Positions 41,435 to 55,030 of a stretch of DNA of 64,000 nucleotides are shown one piece after another; the stretch's first letter is position 1, and each line of letters begins with the position of its first letter. The notes under the pieces are model-generated. The model saw only the letters and a program-made list of their open reading frames with translations. It ran no database searches and was not told the DNA's origin. The stretch lies in contig JAHBMJ010000112.1 in the NCBI GenBank assembly GCA_018398765.1, forward strand, positions 124,001 to 188,000, written 5' to 3'. A program made the position numbers and the translations under genes. The stretch comes from Chromera velia (lineage: Eukaryota).

Positions 41435-44019
41435 ATGTATAAACCACGCCTAGTCACTAATAAATCCTAATCCCGATATCTTTCTAGTCTTTTTTCTTTA
41501 GCCGACGTCTCTAGCGACATCCGCACATAATGCCAGTGGTTAAGATTAAACCTAGGATTAAACTTATCAACAGATTTACATTCATATATAAATTATCAAT
41601 CAATCAATCAATATAAATTTATACATTTTTTTTGTGCGTCCACCACTAAGTCCGTCATTGTATCTACTTCTGTAGATAAGACGAAGTTATGAGCTATCTA
41701 TAGCTACTAGTCTAGCTAGCTATCAATTTATTATACAGATATATGAACCCCGGTCACCGCCGTGTCGTGACTTACCGAACGCCAGACACCTATTATGGGC
41801 CGACAGCGATGGCGTATGATAATGATATAGGAACAGATCAACCTTTTTCGGGTCATCTCTTTTTCAGCGTTTCCTAAAACAGTTCTTCGAAAAATCACGG
41901 CGCTCTTCCTGCAACGCGGTTGTGCGCTTAACTTGATCGGATTTGAAAAGAAAGGAGGAGGAGATTGAAGCAGACAGACTCAGCTAGACAATCTACGATG
42001 TGAGCATTCCTTTGACCGTATCCCATCTATGCAACGAGCATTGATCAGCATCAATTTGCCATCATTCAAGCATGTACAACAAAAACGCTTTAAACGCCCN
42101 NNNNNNNNNNNNNNNNNNNNNNNNNNNNNNNNNNNNNNNNNNNNNNNNNNNNNNNNNNNNNNNNNNNNNNNNNNNNNNNNNNNNNNNNNNNNNNNNNNNN
42201 NNNNNNNNNNNNNNNNNNNNNNNNNNNNNNNNNNNNNNNNNTCCCTCCCCCTCCCAGCCCCTCCGAGGACACCTGCATCGCGGTTCGCTTTCCTCCACTG
42301 CGCTGCTGAGGGAGTACCTGCATGCTGACGGCGTAATCTGGCGGACGACTCAACTCACTCACTCACTCTTCTCCTGTCTCCATCAATACAGCGGGGGGCT
42401 GATCTCCAAAGGGAGTTTTTGACCCTCCGCGTTTGCCTGCCGGTTAGTTCCCTCTCTTCTCATATGAAGGCCTTGCTACCGGGGACCCCCGACTTCCTCC
42501 CTCAGAAAGACCTCCATGGGCGCCTCTGTACCTCCAAAAAGGGATATATGATTCACCCAATTAAGCAAACGAAGGTAGTGAAATTAAAAAAAGGTTCTTC
42601 AGTGAGTACTCAGACAGGCAGTCAGATAGACCCGTCTCTCAAACTTCCAGCTGACAGGATCTCAACCCACACACACGAATGGTCAGTCAGACAAAAGGAG
42701 GGGCGGAGGAAGAAGAACTAGAACAGGAAGTGCCTCGGAAGGCAGTGAGAGCTCTAGCTAGAGGGACACGTCCAGGGAAGACGGGAGGAAATTGGATCAC
42801 ACAAAAGGGGGAAGAGGAAAGCGAAGGGGAACTACGTGTCTGTCGACCAACGAGGATCATGATGCTAACGGGTGCATGGGTGAGTGCCTCGATCGGGAGG
42901 TGAAAATTACTTCTCCCAAAATGTGAGAGACAGACAAAAGCCAACCAAACTTCATCAAATACTTTCTTTCTCTTTACTTACATTCACACGAGCCAGATTT
43001 GTCGCAACAGCCTTCTGCATGCAGATTCGTTTCTCATTTCCCTCCCTCTCTTCTCTTTTTTTCTTTTCAAAAGAAACCATCGGGACCCGAGAACAAATTG
43101 GAGACAGGCACGGCCAAACGAGAAAAAAGGGGTTCTCCTCGTCGTCGGGAGCTCTCCCCCCCCCTATGTTCTTTCATTCATCCCTCCTTTGTCTTCCTTC
43201 CCTTCCTTCTCTTCGACCTTCCAGAGCGTTCACAAGGGAAACAAAAAGAGAGAACAACTGAAGAGCCTTATGTGAAAGAAAAGAATGGAGAGAGAGAAAC
43301 CCGTAGAGGCCATGCAGAAGGAAGGAAACAAACGAGAGAGAGAGAGAGCCCTCCCTGTGGAAGCCATCATGTCGCACCACGCAAAACTGAATGCAAGTAC
43401 CCCCGACCCCCCCCATNNNNNNNNNNNNNNNNNNNNNNNNNNNNNNNNNNNNNNNNNNNNNNNNNNNNNNNNNNNNNNNNNNNNNNNNNNNNNNNNNNNN
43501 NNNNNNNNNNNNNNNNNNNNNNNNNNNNNNNNNNNNNNNNNNNNNNNNNNNNNNNNNNNNNNNNNNNNNNNNNNNNNNNNNNNNNNNNNNNNNNNNNNNN
43601 NNNNNNNNNNNNNNNNNNNNNNNNNNNNNNNNNNNNNNNNNNNNNNNNNNNNNNNNNNNNNNNNNNNNNNNNNNNNNNNNNNNNNNNNNNNNNNNNNNNN
43701 NNNNNNNNNNNNNNNNNNNNNNNNNNNCCCTTGTCACGCCACACTCGTGACGCTCCAACCCCCCCCCCTTCCCTGCTCAAAGGAATTTCTTCTCTTTCCT
43801 CCCGGTCTCACAATTCAAAATCCGTCTGTCAGTCTGTGATTCCATCCAGATGCTCGTCTTCTCTCCACTTTTCTTCTCTCGGCCAATCAAACCTGTCCAA
43901 GCACGAGAAAAGAAAATGGACCTCACCTTGCTTTCATTTCTTCCTCCCTCGTTCTTTTCCTCCGTTGCCTTTACTCTTCCACTCTGTCTCCCTTTCTCTC
44001 TCAATGAACCAATCGCAGA

Positions 44020-47000
44020 TCATTGTGCAGACTGCAGAGCAAGCTTCTTGATAGTCTCGCGGTTCTTCGCGCGCACCTTTTGTGCCTCCGCTGCCACAGC
44101 CTCCCTCTGAGCTGCCAGGTTCTTGGCACCCGGCAGGTCCTGCAAAGCAAAACAAAGCATGCATTTACTTCTGTCTAAGTGCATTTACTTTGAAAAACAA
44201 TTCTGTATGAAAGTAAATGCAGGCACCCGGCAGCTCCTGCAAAGCAAAGCAAAGCAGGCGAGAAGGGTAAGCAGAGGGGGGGAGACACCACGCCGCGACT
44301 TTCTGGAAGCTTTTGAGCTGACGATTCGCGAGTCGCAACACCTAGAGATCCGAGCACGAGACCCTAGGGACACGACTTTGAACGAACTCCCCGGATAAGA
44401 AAATGTGCGCCTGACTTATCTGTCTGTCTGTCTTCCTGTCTGTCTGTCTTCCTTCCACTCCAGGCCGTCCACCTCTTGATGAGAAAACCCTGCATGCCGT
44501 GCAGCTTCTGAACTGAAAGAAATGCAGACCAACTGACTGACCAACTGAGTCTGCTCCGCTTCACTTTCTCTCTGGACGATCTCGAACGGAGCTGCACAGA
44601 CAGGCACACAGGCACACAGACCACAAAAGAGAGAAAGCGAGGGAGAAACTCAGGGTGGCGGGAGACGTTAGAGAGGAAAGGAATGGAAAGGAAAAGAGAG
44701 AGGAAGGAAGGAAGGAAGGAAGGAAGGAATGGAAGAAAGGGAGAGAAGGACGAAAAGGAAGGAAGGAAAGAAGGAAGGAAGCAAAGAAGGGAGGAAGGAA
44801 GGAAGCAAAGAAGGAAGGAAGCAAAGAAGGGAGGAAGGAAGGAAGGAAGCAAAGAAGGAAGGAAGGGAAGGAAGGAAGGAGGGAAGCAAGGGAAGGAAGG
44901 GAAGGAAGGGAAGGAAGGAAGAGAGAGGAGGGAGACAACGGAGAATGACCATTCATGAAAAGGCGGTAGAGAACTTAGCGACACCGAGCGGAAGGGATTC
45001 CGTGAGGAAGGGGAAGAAGGAAGAGCCCAGAAAGAAAGAAGAGCAAGGCGATCCCACGCCAAAGAAAGGAAGAATTCAAAAAAACTGACGAAGCTCATAG
45101 TCGAAGGACAGGGCATTAAAGAGCTCGGCTGCCTTCTCCAAACGTCCCCCTGCATCGTTGTTGGCCTCCTCCTGTTGTTTGATCTGATTCATCACTGCCT
45201 CCTTTCCGGCAGCAGTCTCAGCGACATCCTACAGCGAGCAATCAGCAAGTCAAACAATCAACAAAAGTTCATGGTCGAACGACTGGCTTCTCAGGAAGAC
45301 CGTCGATGCGATATCATAGAGAAAAGAGAGAGAGAGAGAGAGATCGCGGAGAGGAGACGAATGAAAAAAAAAAAAGTCATTTTTTTTCAAGAGAGGCGTC
45401 AGCTTGTTTTGACTTCCTTCTTCCCCCCCTTTAACTTCTCCAGGCCTGTCCAGAGGTCTCTCTCTTCAGAAAGAATCCGCAGATCGCTTTGCCATTACAC
45501 AACAATCCCTTTCTAAAAGCAACATGCATCTCCCTACATCATCATCATCTCGAGCGAAGATTGGCCGAGCTAGTTTCCTTCCTACACGGACTGACCAACC
45601 TGTGTGATGAGTGCCTGTCTCATCTTCTGGAACGATCGGGTGAGTGCCTTGGCAAGCTCCTTAGAGTTATCGGCTGCAGTTCCCATGGACCGCACGCGAG
45701 CAGCCAACTCGGCAGCAACACCCTCTTGGAGACACCGCAAGACTTGGCCCTCAGCAAAGACAGGAAGGAGGTCATTCAGAACCTGCAGGGGAGGGGGGCC
45801 ACAGGATGGACAGCACTGAGAGATTGTTTACCCTTCCAGTCTTGCTGCCTGCTTATTTTGTTACAATAGACCAAAAGGGAAAAACAGATAGAAGGGTAAG
45901 CGAGAAAACTTTTCGATGAACAAATCAGCAGAAACTCACTTCGGTTGACAGGGGCAAAAGGGGACGCGGAAAATGGAAGAGAGACAATATTTCTGGCGGC
46001 GGGGAAGTTTCACCAAAGAGGGAAAAATGGGGCAAACCCTGGTGGAGAAGCACGATGCAGCAGAGAGGAGCAGAAGAGGAAGAGGGGACCCGCTCAAATG
46101 TCTCTTTTCATTATTCATTTAAATCTCGAGGACTTCTACCTGCACACATGATGCCTCAACTCTAGCCTGACCAACAAACCGACCGACAAACGGACCAACC
46201 GACCGTGATGGGTTTCTGGAGAAGGTTCAGGCCCTCGATGTCGGCAGCTTCAGCGGCACCGAAGGACTTCTTTTCCATGCCGATCCTGTGAATTTAAGCA
46301 GAGAGAAAGTAGAAAGAGGAAGAAAAGATAAATGAACGTCGGCAAAAAGTGCAGGACCTGATTTTGTGGACCACGTAAAAAAATCCCCCCAAGCAGAAAT
46401 ACATGCGTAAAGACTCACTTTCCTCCACCTCAAGCGAGAAGCAACCAGCACAAAACCTTTTTTACTCATGCAGAGAAAGGTCATTACAGGTGTGCAAGAA
46501 AAACCAGTGCCTCAGAATGCATTTAGCAGAGTCGAAAAAAAAAAAACGACACCCGACGCACTTGTCACCTCCAGAAGACACCAGAGAAAAAATCTCATCT
46601 CCCGCAGCCTCGATACCCTGCAACCACCAAGTAAGCGTGCGTGCGTGTATGCGTGCGTCAGTGTCTATCGGACAGTCAGAGAAACGCAGTCCGGCTCCTT
46701 TTTTTCGTCACGGAATGCGTGATATGCCAATGTGTTGCCGGGGCTGCACAATCTGTTGAAATGAGGGTAGAAGATTCTTGCGATCTTCCAGCCACTCTAG
46801 CCCACGGGAGTCAGGCACGTTCTCAATTGACATTTAAATACTGGAAGGAAAGTCGCATTCTTGTACGCACGACGGACGGTATGCACGCATGCACGGACGG
46901 CGCACACACGCGCGCTCAAACAGAGAGACAAACACACAGACACATGCACGCACAAAATGTTCAAGTTGCATCCCGCGTCTGAATACTGTTCCCCTTTCTC

Positions 47001-50000
47001 GCAGCCCCCCCCCCTTTCNNNNNNNNNNNNNNNNNNNNNNNNNNNNNNNNNNNNNNNNNNNNNNNNNNNNNNNNNNNNNNNNNNNNNNNNNNNNNNNNNN
47101 NNNNNNNNNNNNNNNNNNNNNNNNNNNNNNNNNNNNNNNNNNNNNNNNNNNNNNNNNNNNNNNNNNNNNNNNNNNNNNNNNNNNNNNNNNNNNNNNNNNN
47201 NNNNNNNNNNNNNNNNNNNNNNNNNNNNNNNNNNNNNNNNNNNNNNNNNNNNNNNNNNNNNNNNNNNNNNNNNNNNNNNNNNNNNNNNNNNNNNNNNNNN
47301 NNNNNNNNNNNNNNNNNNNNNNNNNNNNNNNNNNNNNNNNNNNNNNNNNNNNCCCCCCCCTGCCTAGCCAAGCCAAGCCGACCGACCTGAGGGGAAAGCG
47401 GAATCAAAGTTCTGTATTTTGGCCTGAAGGTATCCAGAGTGACAATACCGTTGTACACGATCTCTGCCCTGTCTGTGCCTCCATTCTTGTAATCCTCAAT
47501 GATCTCAGAGAGGATCTTACCGGCCTGCTCGGCAGTGGGAGACTGCACGAAAACACCAAACGAAAACAATAGACAATTAGTGCAGCGAACGATGTGGCAC
47601 TTCTTTCTTGGTCGTTTCAATGATAGTCCGTCAAGCACCAAAATGATTACGAGAGCACCAGACCCCTGATCTAGAAGTGGTTAACTTAAACGGACGCGAG
47701 GGGGGGATACAGACCCTAGGAGAGGCCATTCGGCAAGGGGCACTTTTGGCTCTTCAGAGCTTCGGTTTGCCCTCCTGATTTTCTCACAAGGAAGGAGTTT
47801 TGTGCCCATCGCCCTCCTGACCGCTCTCTCTGTGAAAGGGGGGGGATGCGATTGCTGAACTCGGAGGGACATTGTTGACTTCACTTCACTTCCCTTTCCC
47901 CCTCCCGCCCCCTCTCTGTTTGCACTTCTGCAGGAAGCTCAAAGTGCATCTCAGGAAAGCTCATGCTGCCGTGCATTTGCCCCCTTTTCCTGCTCTCCGA
48001 CTTTCACCTGAGTGGAAGGAAATGCCGACTGACCGACCGTTGTGCAGTCTGCGTATCCGACCATGTTGTTGGTCGTTTCCGGGGATCTCTTCAGAGAGCT
48101 GCGAGGAGACAACGAGGCGGGACGAGGAAAGAGACAAAACAAAGAAAGAACGCAGGGGGGCAAAAGGGAATCAAATTGACGACTTCAATTTATGGAGCGA
48201 CACGATGAGAGATACTGATGAAAGCACTTTTCACAAAGGACTTTCGAGAGTCCCCCCTGATCCGCACTCTATCCCGCTTCGTGACTTTTTCTTTTCTTGC
48301 GCTGTGAAAGAAAGCCTCCCTCCCGCCCCCCTCCTTCGGGAGAAAAGTACAGCGCTATAAAAGCGTTCCTCCCCCCTCCCTCGAAAAAAAAAAGTACACT
48401 GGGACTGCATATCCGACCCCCCCGGTCAACTCCCGCGGACAGAACTGGTGCTTTCACTCCCCCTCCCCCCTCCTCGATCGTCATAACACCCACCCACCCA
48501 TCCAGCGAAATGAATTGATTACAGGTTTGACTTCAAGCTCCACTTCCTCCTTTTCTTTCTGCTCCCCTGACTGACTGACTTGTAAACTCTCTTTCCGACT
48601 GCGTAGACCTTCACGTTCAGTCCCCTCCTGAGGAGTGCAGAGATACGTTTCCTGCCTGCGTTGATTGCATCTCTGTTGTAGGACCCGCACAGTCCCTTGT
48701 CGCCTCCGACGACGATCACTGTGACCGTCTTTGGGGGGCGCACGTTGAGGAGGGGGACCTTCTCGGAGTCCACAGGCTCCTCCTGACAGACAGACAAAAC
48801 ATTCCATTGACACTAATGAACCAACAGAAAGAGATTCAAAGAAGAAAAGAGACAGGGAGGAAGCGGAAGACTGGACTGCACGAAATCAAGGATGTCAGCA
48901 GTTGAGCAAAGCTTTCCAGCTTCTATCAACGAAAGTCGTGAAACGTCGCGACAGAAAGAAACAAAATGTTTCATCAAACGCACAAGTACGCACTGCTGCA
49001 AGGAAAAAATCCACCGTCGCCGTTCACCCTGCTCTCTCTCTCTCCCTCCCTCCGGCTCCCCTCCCTCCCCCCCTTCCCTCCCTTCCTCGACTAACACACC
49101 AGATTTCGGAGGATCTGCAGGAGTCCCTTGATCAGAGACTGGATGCCCGCGTTAAACGGACGGTTGATGACCGCCGCGTTCTGGGCCCTTCGCACCTTCA
49201 CAGCCGCTGATGCCTGCAAGGGAAGAACGCAGAATGGGGAGGGAAACGGTGTCTTGAGTCAGGGGAATCAAAAGGTCTCCGGTCACTTTACGGTTCTCCT
49301 CTTCACCTGTCACCCTCCGTTTTCAGCCAAAGACCCTGTCGATGCTATCCTTTGTAAGGGCCCTCCTATCTGGAGCCACACGGTGAATTGCAAAAGAAAA
49401 AGCCACATACACTGCACTGCCCTCCGCGAAAGCGAGCCCACACCTCTTCGTCCCACTTGGGATCCCTTCAATACATGGCCGCTCCGTGACTGATCCCGAA
49501 AAGATCATTTTGTCTCGTCTCCTTTCCTTTTTGGTGCTCTTAGACCGATCGTGCGCGTCGATCGCACTATCCACTTGAAAAGTACAGCCGCACGCACCTT
49601 CATGGCTCCACAGATCTGTCCGATGTTCTTCACTGATGTAATACGATCCTGCAAATCACAGAGACAGACAGGCAGACAGACAACGGCAACGCATTAGATA
49701 AGACACTCAGAACCCCAGCAGACAAGGTGAGCGCCAGGCCGAGTCGAAAAGACAAGAGGTGAGCGAAGGTGGACAGACTTACTCTGGTTTGATACATTTC
49801 ACCCTTGCCCATCAAAATCGTTGGCCTGCTCAGCAGAGCCCGAGACCGTGACCTGCAGGCAAGCAGGGGAGAGGACACAACCCAGTCAGATGCACGCCTT
49901 CAAATGAGCAGAGGTCTCAGAGAGAACATGTCGTGAAAAGCAGTGAGCACGTGAACTGACCAGGAACTGCATGGATCGGGATTGAGCACGAAAGTCGAGG

Positions 50001-50046
50001 AGAGGCCGAAGAATCCGGCAAGAAGAAGCGCTCCTAGTCTCATCAT
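44020..50046 (-). CDS. atpC: Nuclear-encoded plastid F1 ATP synthase gamma subunit (multi-exon) with bipartite targeting peptide and apparent C-terminal extension
   Basis: Hand-spliced exons: MMRLGALLLAGFFGLSSTFVLNP / SRSRALLSRPTILMGKGEMYQTR / DRITSVKNIGQICGAMK / ASAAVKVRRAQNAAVINRPF / ...VTVIVVGGDKGLCGSYN...VYAVGKR / SPTAEQAGKILSEIIEDY...RTLIPLSPQ / GIEAAGDEIFSLVSSGGDK / IGMEKKSF...LLQKPIT / VLNDLLP...AAELAARVRSMGTAADNSKELAKALTRSFQKMRQALITQ / DVAETAAG. The 'GIE..GDEIF' insert is typical of cyanobacterial/plastid gamma. The 3' end at 44020 is tentative. Confidence 0.9.
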
Positions 50047-53000
50047 GTGCCCGTCAATGAAGCACACTGCCTCGGTACTCTCTTCCGACTGCCCTGTACT
50101 GCTTGATTACGCCCACTTCCACGAAACACACCACCACGAACCACAAAAACAAACTTCAGAACTTTTGCAGGTGTCTTCCGGGTCAACGGAGTGACGGCTT
50201 GTCTGGAGACACTGCAAAGATGATTAAGGCGGATCTTCGACATCCTTAATTGGCCAGCAGAGCGGCGACCGAATTCCTGTGATGGTTGGGACGCCAGGTT
50301 GGCGCCTGACAGAAAAACCGGCTCACAAATTTTTATGTAAAGATTCCGTCCTGGGGCCCCAAAAATGCAGTGGGTGAGTGCCTTGGGCCCATGCAGGCTT
50401 GCGGAGACGCCCATGCAAAACTTATTATCACAGATCTGACGCAAGCAAGCTTGCGAACGGCCCCGGAAAGCAAGAAAAATGAGAACTGCACGATTGACGC
50501 ACGCCGGCCATGGTGCTGCATTAATTGCTGCATATAGTAGCGCCGACCCCCCCCCNNNNNNNNNNNNNNNNNNNNNNNNNNNNNNNNNNNNNNNNNNNNN
50601 NNNNNNNNNNNNNNNNNNNNNNNNNNNNGCGGGAAAAAAGCAGCGGGGAGCCCCCCCCCCGCGGGAAAAAAGCCCGGGGCTGAGCGGATCTGAAACCCAT
50701 CTGACGCACTCATGGCGCAAATTCAGCCTTTCAGGGCCGGGTTTTTGGCAAAAAACTAGCGTGTATGCATATGGGCTGGGGTATTTTTGTTTCGTAAGTG
50801 CCCCCTGCTTCGCTTTCCGGGGCCATAGTGAGGATGAGATAATTCCATCTGCAAAAGTCCGCGCGCAAAAGCCACATGCAAAAGTTTTTTATTGAAATCC
50901 GCGCACGCGAACCGCAAATTTTTGTTTCACGCGGCTTTTGCACGTGGACTTTTACAGACAGAATTATTTTATCCTCACTGTCTGTGATAATAATTATATT
51001 AATTCATTATAATTTAATTTCGCAACGCGTGGGAGGGGGGGGNNNNNNNNNNNNNNNNNNNNNNNNNNNNNNNNNNNNNNNNNNNNNNNNNNNNNNNNNN
51101 NNNNNNNNNNNNNNNNNNNNNNNNNNNNNNNNNNNNNNNNNNNNNNNNNNNNNNNNNNNNNNNNNNNNNNNNNNNNNGGGGGGGGGGGGGGGGGGGCCTG
51201 GAGCCAGTGGGTTTTTTACTCCCCACCCCTTATAGCTGAAAAATTAGCTGACATCTATATGTCAGTGCAATGATAGCTGTAATAAAATTAAGGGCGATGT
51301 TTTTCTCTTTTTCTTTGATGATCTTCTTCTGTTACATCTCGATCTGATAATTTCTGACGAGTCTGGTGTTCAACAGTGCTTAAAGCTTACACGCAGGCGC
51401 ACTCACAAAGCTTAGAGTAACACTAGATGAGATTCTGAACAACGATGATCTTACATTCTTTTTTGACACTCGATTCCTACTGAGGTTAATTATATACCAA
51501 GACCACGAGTGTGTTTCGTCCACAAAGCGCTACAGAGAGCTCTTCAAAAAGTCTGTAATTATAAATTTGCAGAGAGAGTGTACGCCAGTATCATCTTGTA
51601 TAAAGCATGAACAGCTAACCTCGTTATACTCCGAAGCATGCTGTAGGCAAAGTGTGGGAACAGATCATCGCGTAAGTTGATATCTTTCTAGAGACGGCTT
51701 TTTCTCACTTATCCAGCTCCCTTCCCCCCCCAAAGCTTTTCTTACTCTTTTTCGGTATCACTATATCCAATACCACCAGCACGTATGTCTACCTAGATCA
51801 GCCTAGATGTCTATACGTATAGTAACGTATAGCCCCTGTGAGATCATTTGTTGATGCGTCGGAATTTCGAAGAAAAACCTTCAGTTTCGGTCTACAAAAA
51901 AGGAGGCTGCCTGTTAACCTTCAGCGAATGTTTTTCAGAGTGATCATGAAATTGAGGGACGATCTAGACACAGAAAAAGCAAAGAGGGTGAAAGAAGGGG
52001 CGGTTCAATTTTCTGGGCCTCCACTCTGGGTTTGGTAGGGCTGCGACACATGTAGATGGAGACAGAGAAGGAGGACAAGGGTGTATCCACTGATCCGTCT
52101 TTTCTTTCATCTGATATTTTTGCTACTGCCGATATATGACGCTGGTCCTTGACTTGACTAACGGATGTTCCTATCCTTTACCCTAGGCTATCCTCTCACG
52201 TTCACCCCACTGGTCTGACTGAAACTTCCGTCTCTTTGTGTTTCCTTGCAGTTGGGAGGCCGCGGGAGGCTCTACTCAGAAATGGTCTCCCGTCTCCATT
52301 GGTAATTAAGTGCTCACTTGACGGTGAAGGGTTACACTTAAAGGGTTATGGTCTGTGCTCTGTGGGTGGGAAAAGAACTGTTCTCGTTCTCAATCTGAGA
52401 CATTAAAAAGAAAATTAAAGTTATGGAGGGCCATTGAAAAGGGAAGATGGGACGTTGAGAGAAGGCAGACACAAAAGGCTTGAGGTCCCCCCCCCTCTGC
52501 TAGGGCTGTTTGAAAGGAACGCCTCTTTTGCTCCCCTCCTTTTATCCCCTCTCTGCTGTATCCGATTTTCTTCGGTTCTGTTCTGTCCGTCTTATCGCAA
52601 AATTCCCTTCGCACTCTATCACTCCCCTTCCCTCCCGTCTCTTGAGTTCTGTTTTCTGTCGATCTGATGACCGCCTATCCGTCTCTGTATGTATATTTGC
52701 TTTGAATTTATTGTCTACCCAATACAGACTGTCAACAACGATGAAGAAGACGGATGAGGATGTGATCGAGGAGAAAGTGGAAACAGGAGGCGCAGCCCAT
52801 CCACTATAGAAAAATTAGTAAAGAATCTTCAGCTCGGGAATATTTAGTATTGAAGACTAGAGAAAATCAGCCTTCGATGGGTCAGATGTTTTGATTTCAG
52901 CAGTATTTTTTGCCTTATTTGAGCCTTTGTGGGAAAGTTTGGCAAGGGGGGGGCAAAAAAAGGAAAATTTGGCAGGGGTCTTAAAGTTCTGGTACCAAAA

Positions 53001-53896
53001 ATTCCTGAGTGGATAGGCCGTGACGGGAGGGGAATGACAATGCATGGGTCGCTCGTTGGGATCATGGAGAGAGAGCAGGAATACCATTTCAGAGGAAGAG
53101 AAATTCGTACGGAGGAAGATGGAAATGAAGGGGAGCCTGCCTGTCCATGCATTGTCCGGCCCTCAGAGGTCATGTGTGAAATGCATGCATGATCAACAAG
53201 GGGTGTAGGGCGATTGATTGAGGGATGAAGTCCTAGAGTGAAGTTAGAGGGGAGGGGGAGGGAATCAAGGGATACTGCGATCAAGTAAAGTTCACCCTCC
53301 TCTGAGATTCACGAATTCTTTCAGTGAGTTCATTCACTCATAGAATTTTAGATTTATTTCTCTTCAATCTGATTGCACGCCCGGTAGGGCTAGTATGGTT
53401 AGTGAACAGTTGCATCAATCATCTGCATGCATGAGAGTTGTTGTTTTCCGTTCGACCGTTTTTGCCTGCATTTACAATATTTTGGTTCATATCGAAAAGG
53501 TGTGAAGAAGAGTTGATGGAAGCTAGAAAGGAAAAAAGCAAGCAAAGCTACGACGTGAAAGACGAGAACGGAGAAAGCGAATCTCATTTCATAAAAACAG
53601 GAGGATGATTCACTGAAAACCCCACGTTTAGGCCTCTGTCCTCAATTTTCATCTTCTTACATTCAACGCTTTATTGTTAACTGTCTACCCGATCTATCAG
53701 CTTGCGCCACTGCAACACTTTTTTGTGACTCATGTGAAGGTTATTTGGTCGATCCCGCCATCATAATATCGTCTCTGTATCATGTTTACATGAGCGTTCT
53801 CGATCCAAAGCCATCCCTTCAAAGCCTTAATTATATTGTGTAGAATCTCATTTAAATCCTTGGCTGCTTCTCTTCTTTATGTCGTCTCAGAGAAAG

Positions 53897-55030
53897 TCAT
53901 CGATCATATGTTAATCCAATTTTCACGGTGACGTCAAGGCGATTATCAAAACGATCGAGGCATACATGCAGGAGTTTCTGCAAGAGACCATGCACCATGG
54001 TGAGTCGAGTCGAGTCCAAACAAGTGCATGGAGTCCCTCTCTCTGTTGCTTTACTCTCTCTGCCATTTTGTCTCTGCATGCTTCTGTTCTCTGCTAAACC
54101 TGCATGCCGTTTTGATCCTTCTTTTTTCCGTTGTTCTGTTAATTCCTCCTGACATTTTCTACTTTGACCTGTGAAGACCCGGCCCTTTTGTTCATATGGT
54201 GATTGATGATTCTGCTCACCAAGCACATCTGTCTGACTGTCTCTGTCTGTCCGTGCCTGCAGGAAATTCAACGGAAAGAACACCGGGAGACGCGTAGGTG
54301 GGAGGGAGAGAGGGATTTGCGGTATGATCAAAAAGAAATACGCACTGCCAACGCAGACGAAGCCTCTGCACAGCCTCAGAAGGTCCGTCAAGACATTGGT
54401 TTTTTTGTTAATTGTCAGATAGTGGACGTTGCCCACCAGATGGATGCCAAATCCCTGGGGAAGAACGCCTCGTTCAAGGAAGTCAAAGTCAACAAGGTTT
54501 TGGGGGGGAAGGTGGATTCGACCTAGTTTGTTGGAAAAGGGATCATGATCGGCCGACTCAGGGCGATGCTGAAATGCCAATATAAGAGAACCCATTCTCT
54601 CTTCACCCGTTTGACTCTGTCGTTCATGGCTGTTGCTAAAAGATTAGGAGCTCTGCTGATATCTTGATTCCGTGCGTTTCTGTTATACCCAATAACCTGT
54701 ATAAAAACGCGCTTGCAGAGCTCTTTTTCAGCAGAGAAAAAAACTATGAGCGGAACCCCAAAAACGTTAAATAGTTTCATAATTATCTTTAGGACTGCAG
54801 GAGAGTACGGCTTTTACTTGATAAAGGAGACTCTATTTAATGAGCAATAAAAATTTTTTAACACCAGGGTCTTTCGAGAGACCACGACAAGGCAATATCA
54901 AGTCCACTATTCTGCCCCAAGAAATGTGGAAAATTTCTATGACACTGTCAGGTATCACGGGGGGATGGTAATGACTGAGAAGGTTGGGGAAGGTGGACGT
55001 GGAGGTTTTAGTATCCTTGGATGGGTGGAC
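53897..55030 (+). pseudogene. Decayed coding-like, spliced sequence of unknown family
   Basis: Donor GTGAGT at ~54000 and acceptor CTGCAG at ~54262 are followed by a coding-like frame (EIQRKEHRETRRW...) broken by TAG/TAA stops and frameshifts. No family recognised. Confidence 0.3.

Noticed and set aside
42242..43000. Possible minus-strand exons (GTGAGT donor near 42368)
   Set aside because: No coherent frame or homology could be assembled between the gaps.
46398..46440. Candidate atpC micro-exon
   Set aside because: The flanking exons join in frame without it (GGDK-IGMEKK) and match the expected gamma sequence length.
50530..53000. Possible further TE ends (G/C-run-rich motifs at ~50630-50690, 51178-51232, 52905-52982)
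   Set aside because: Gaps hide the termini; I could not pair TIRs or find a TSD.
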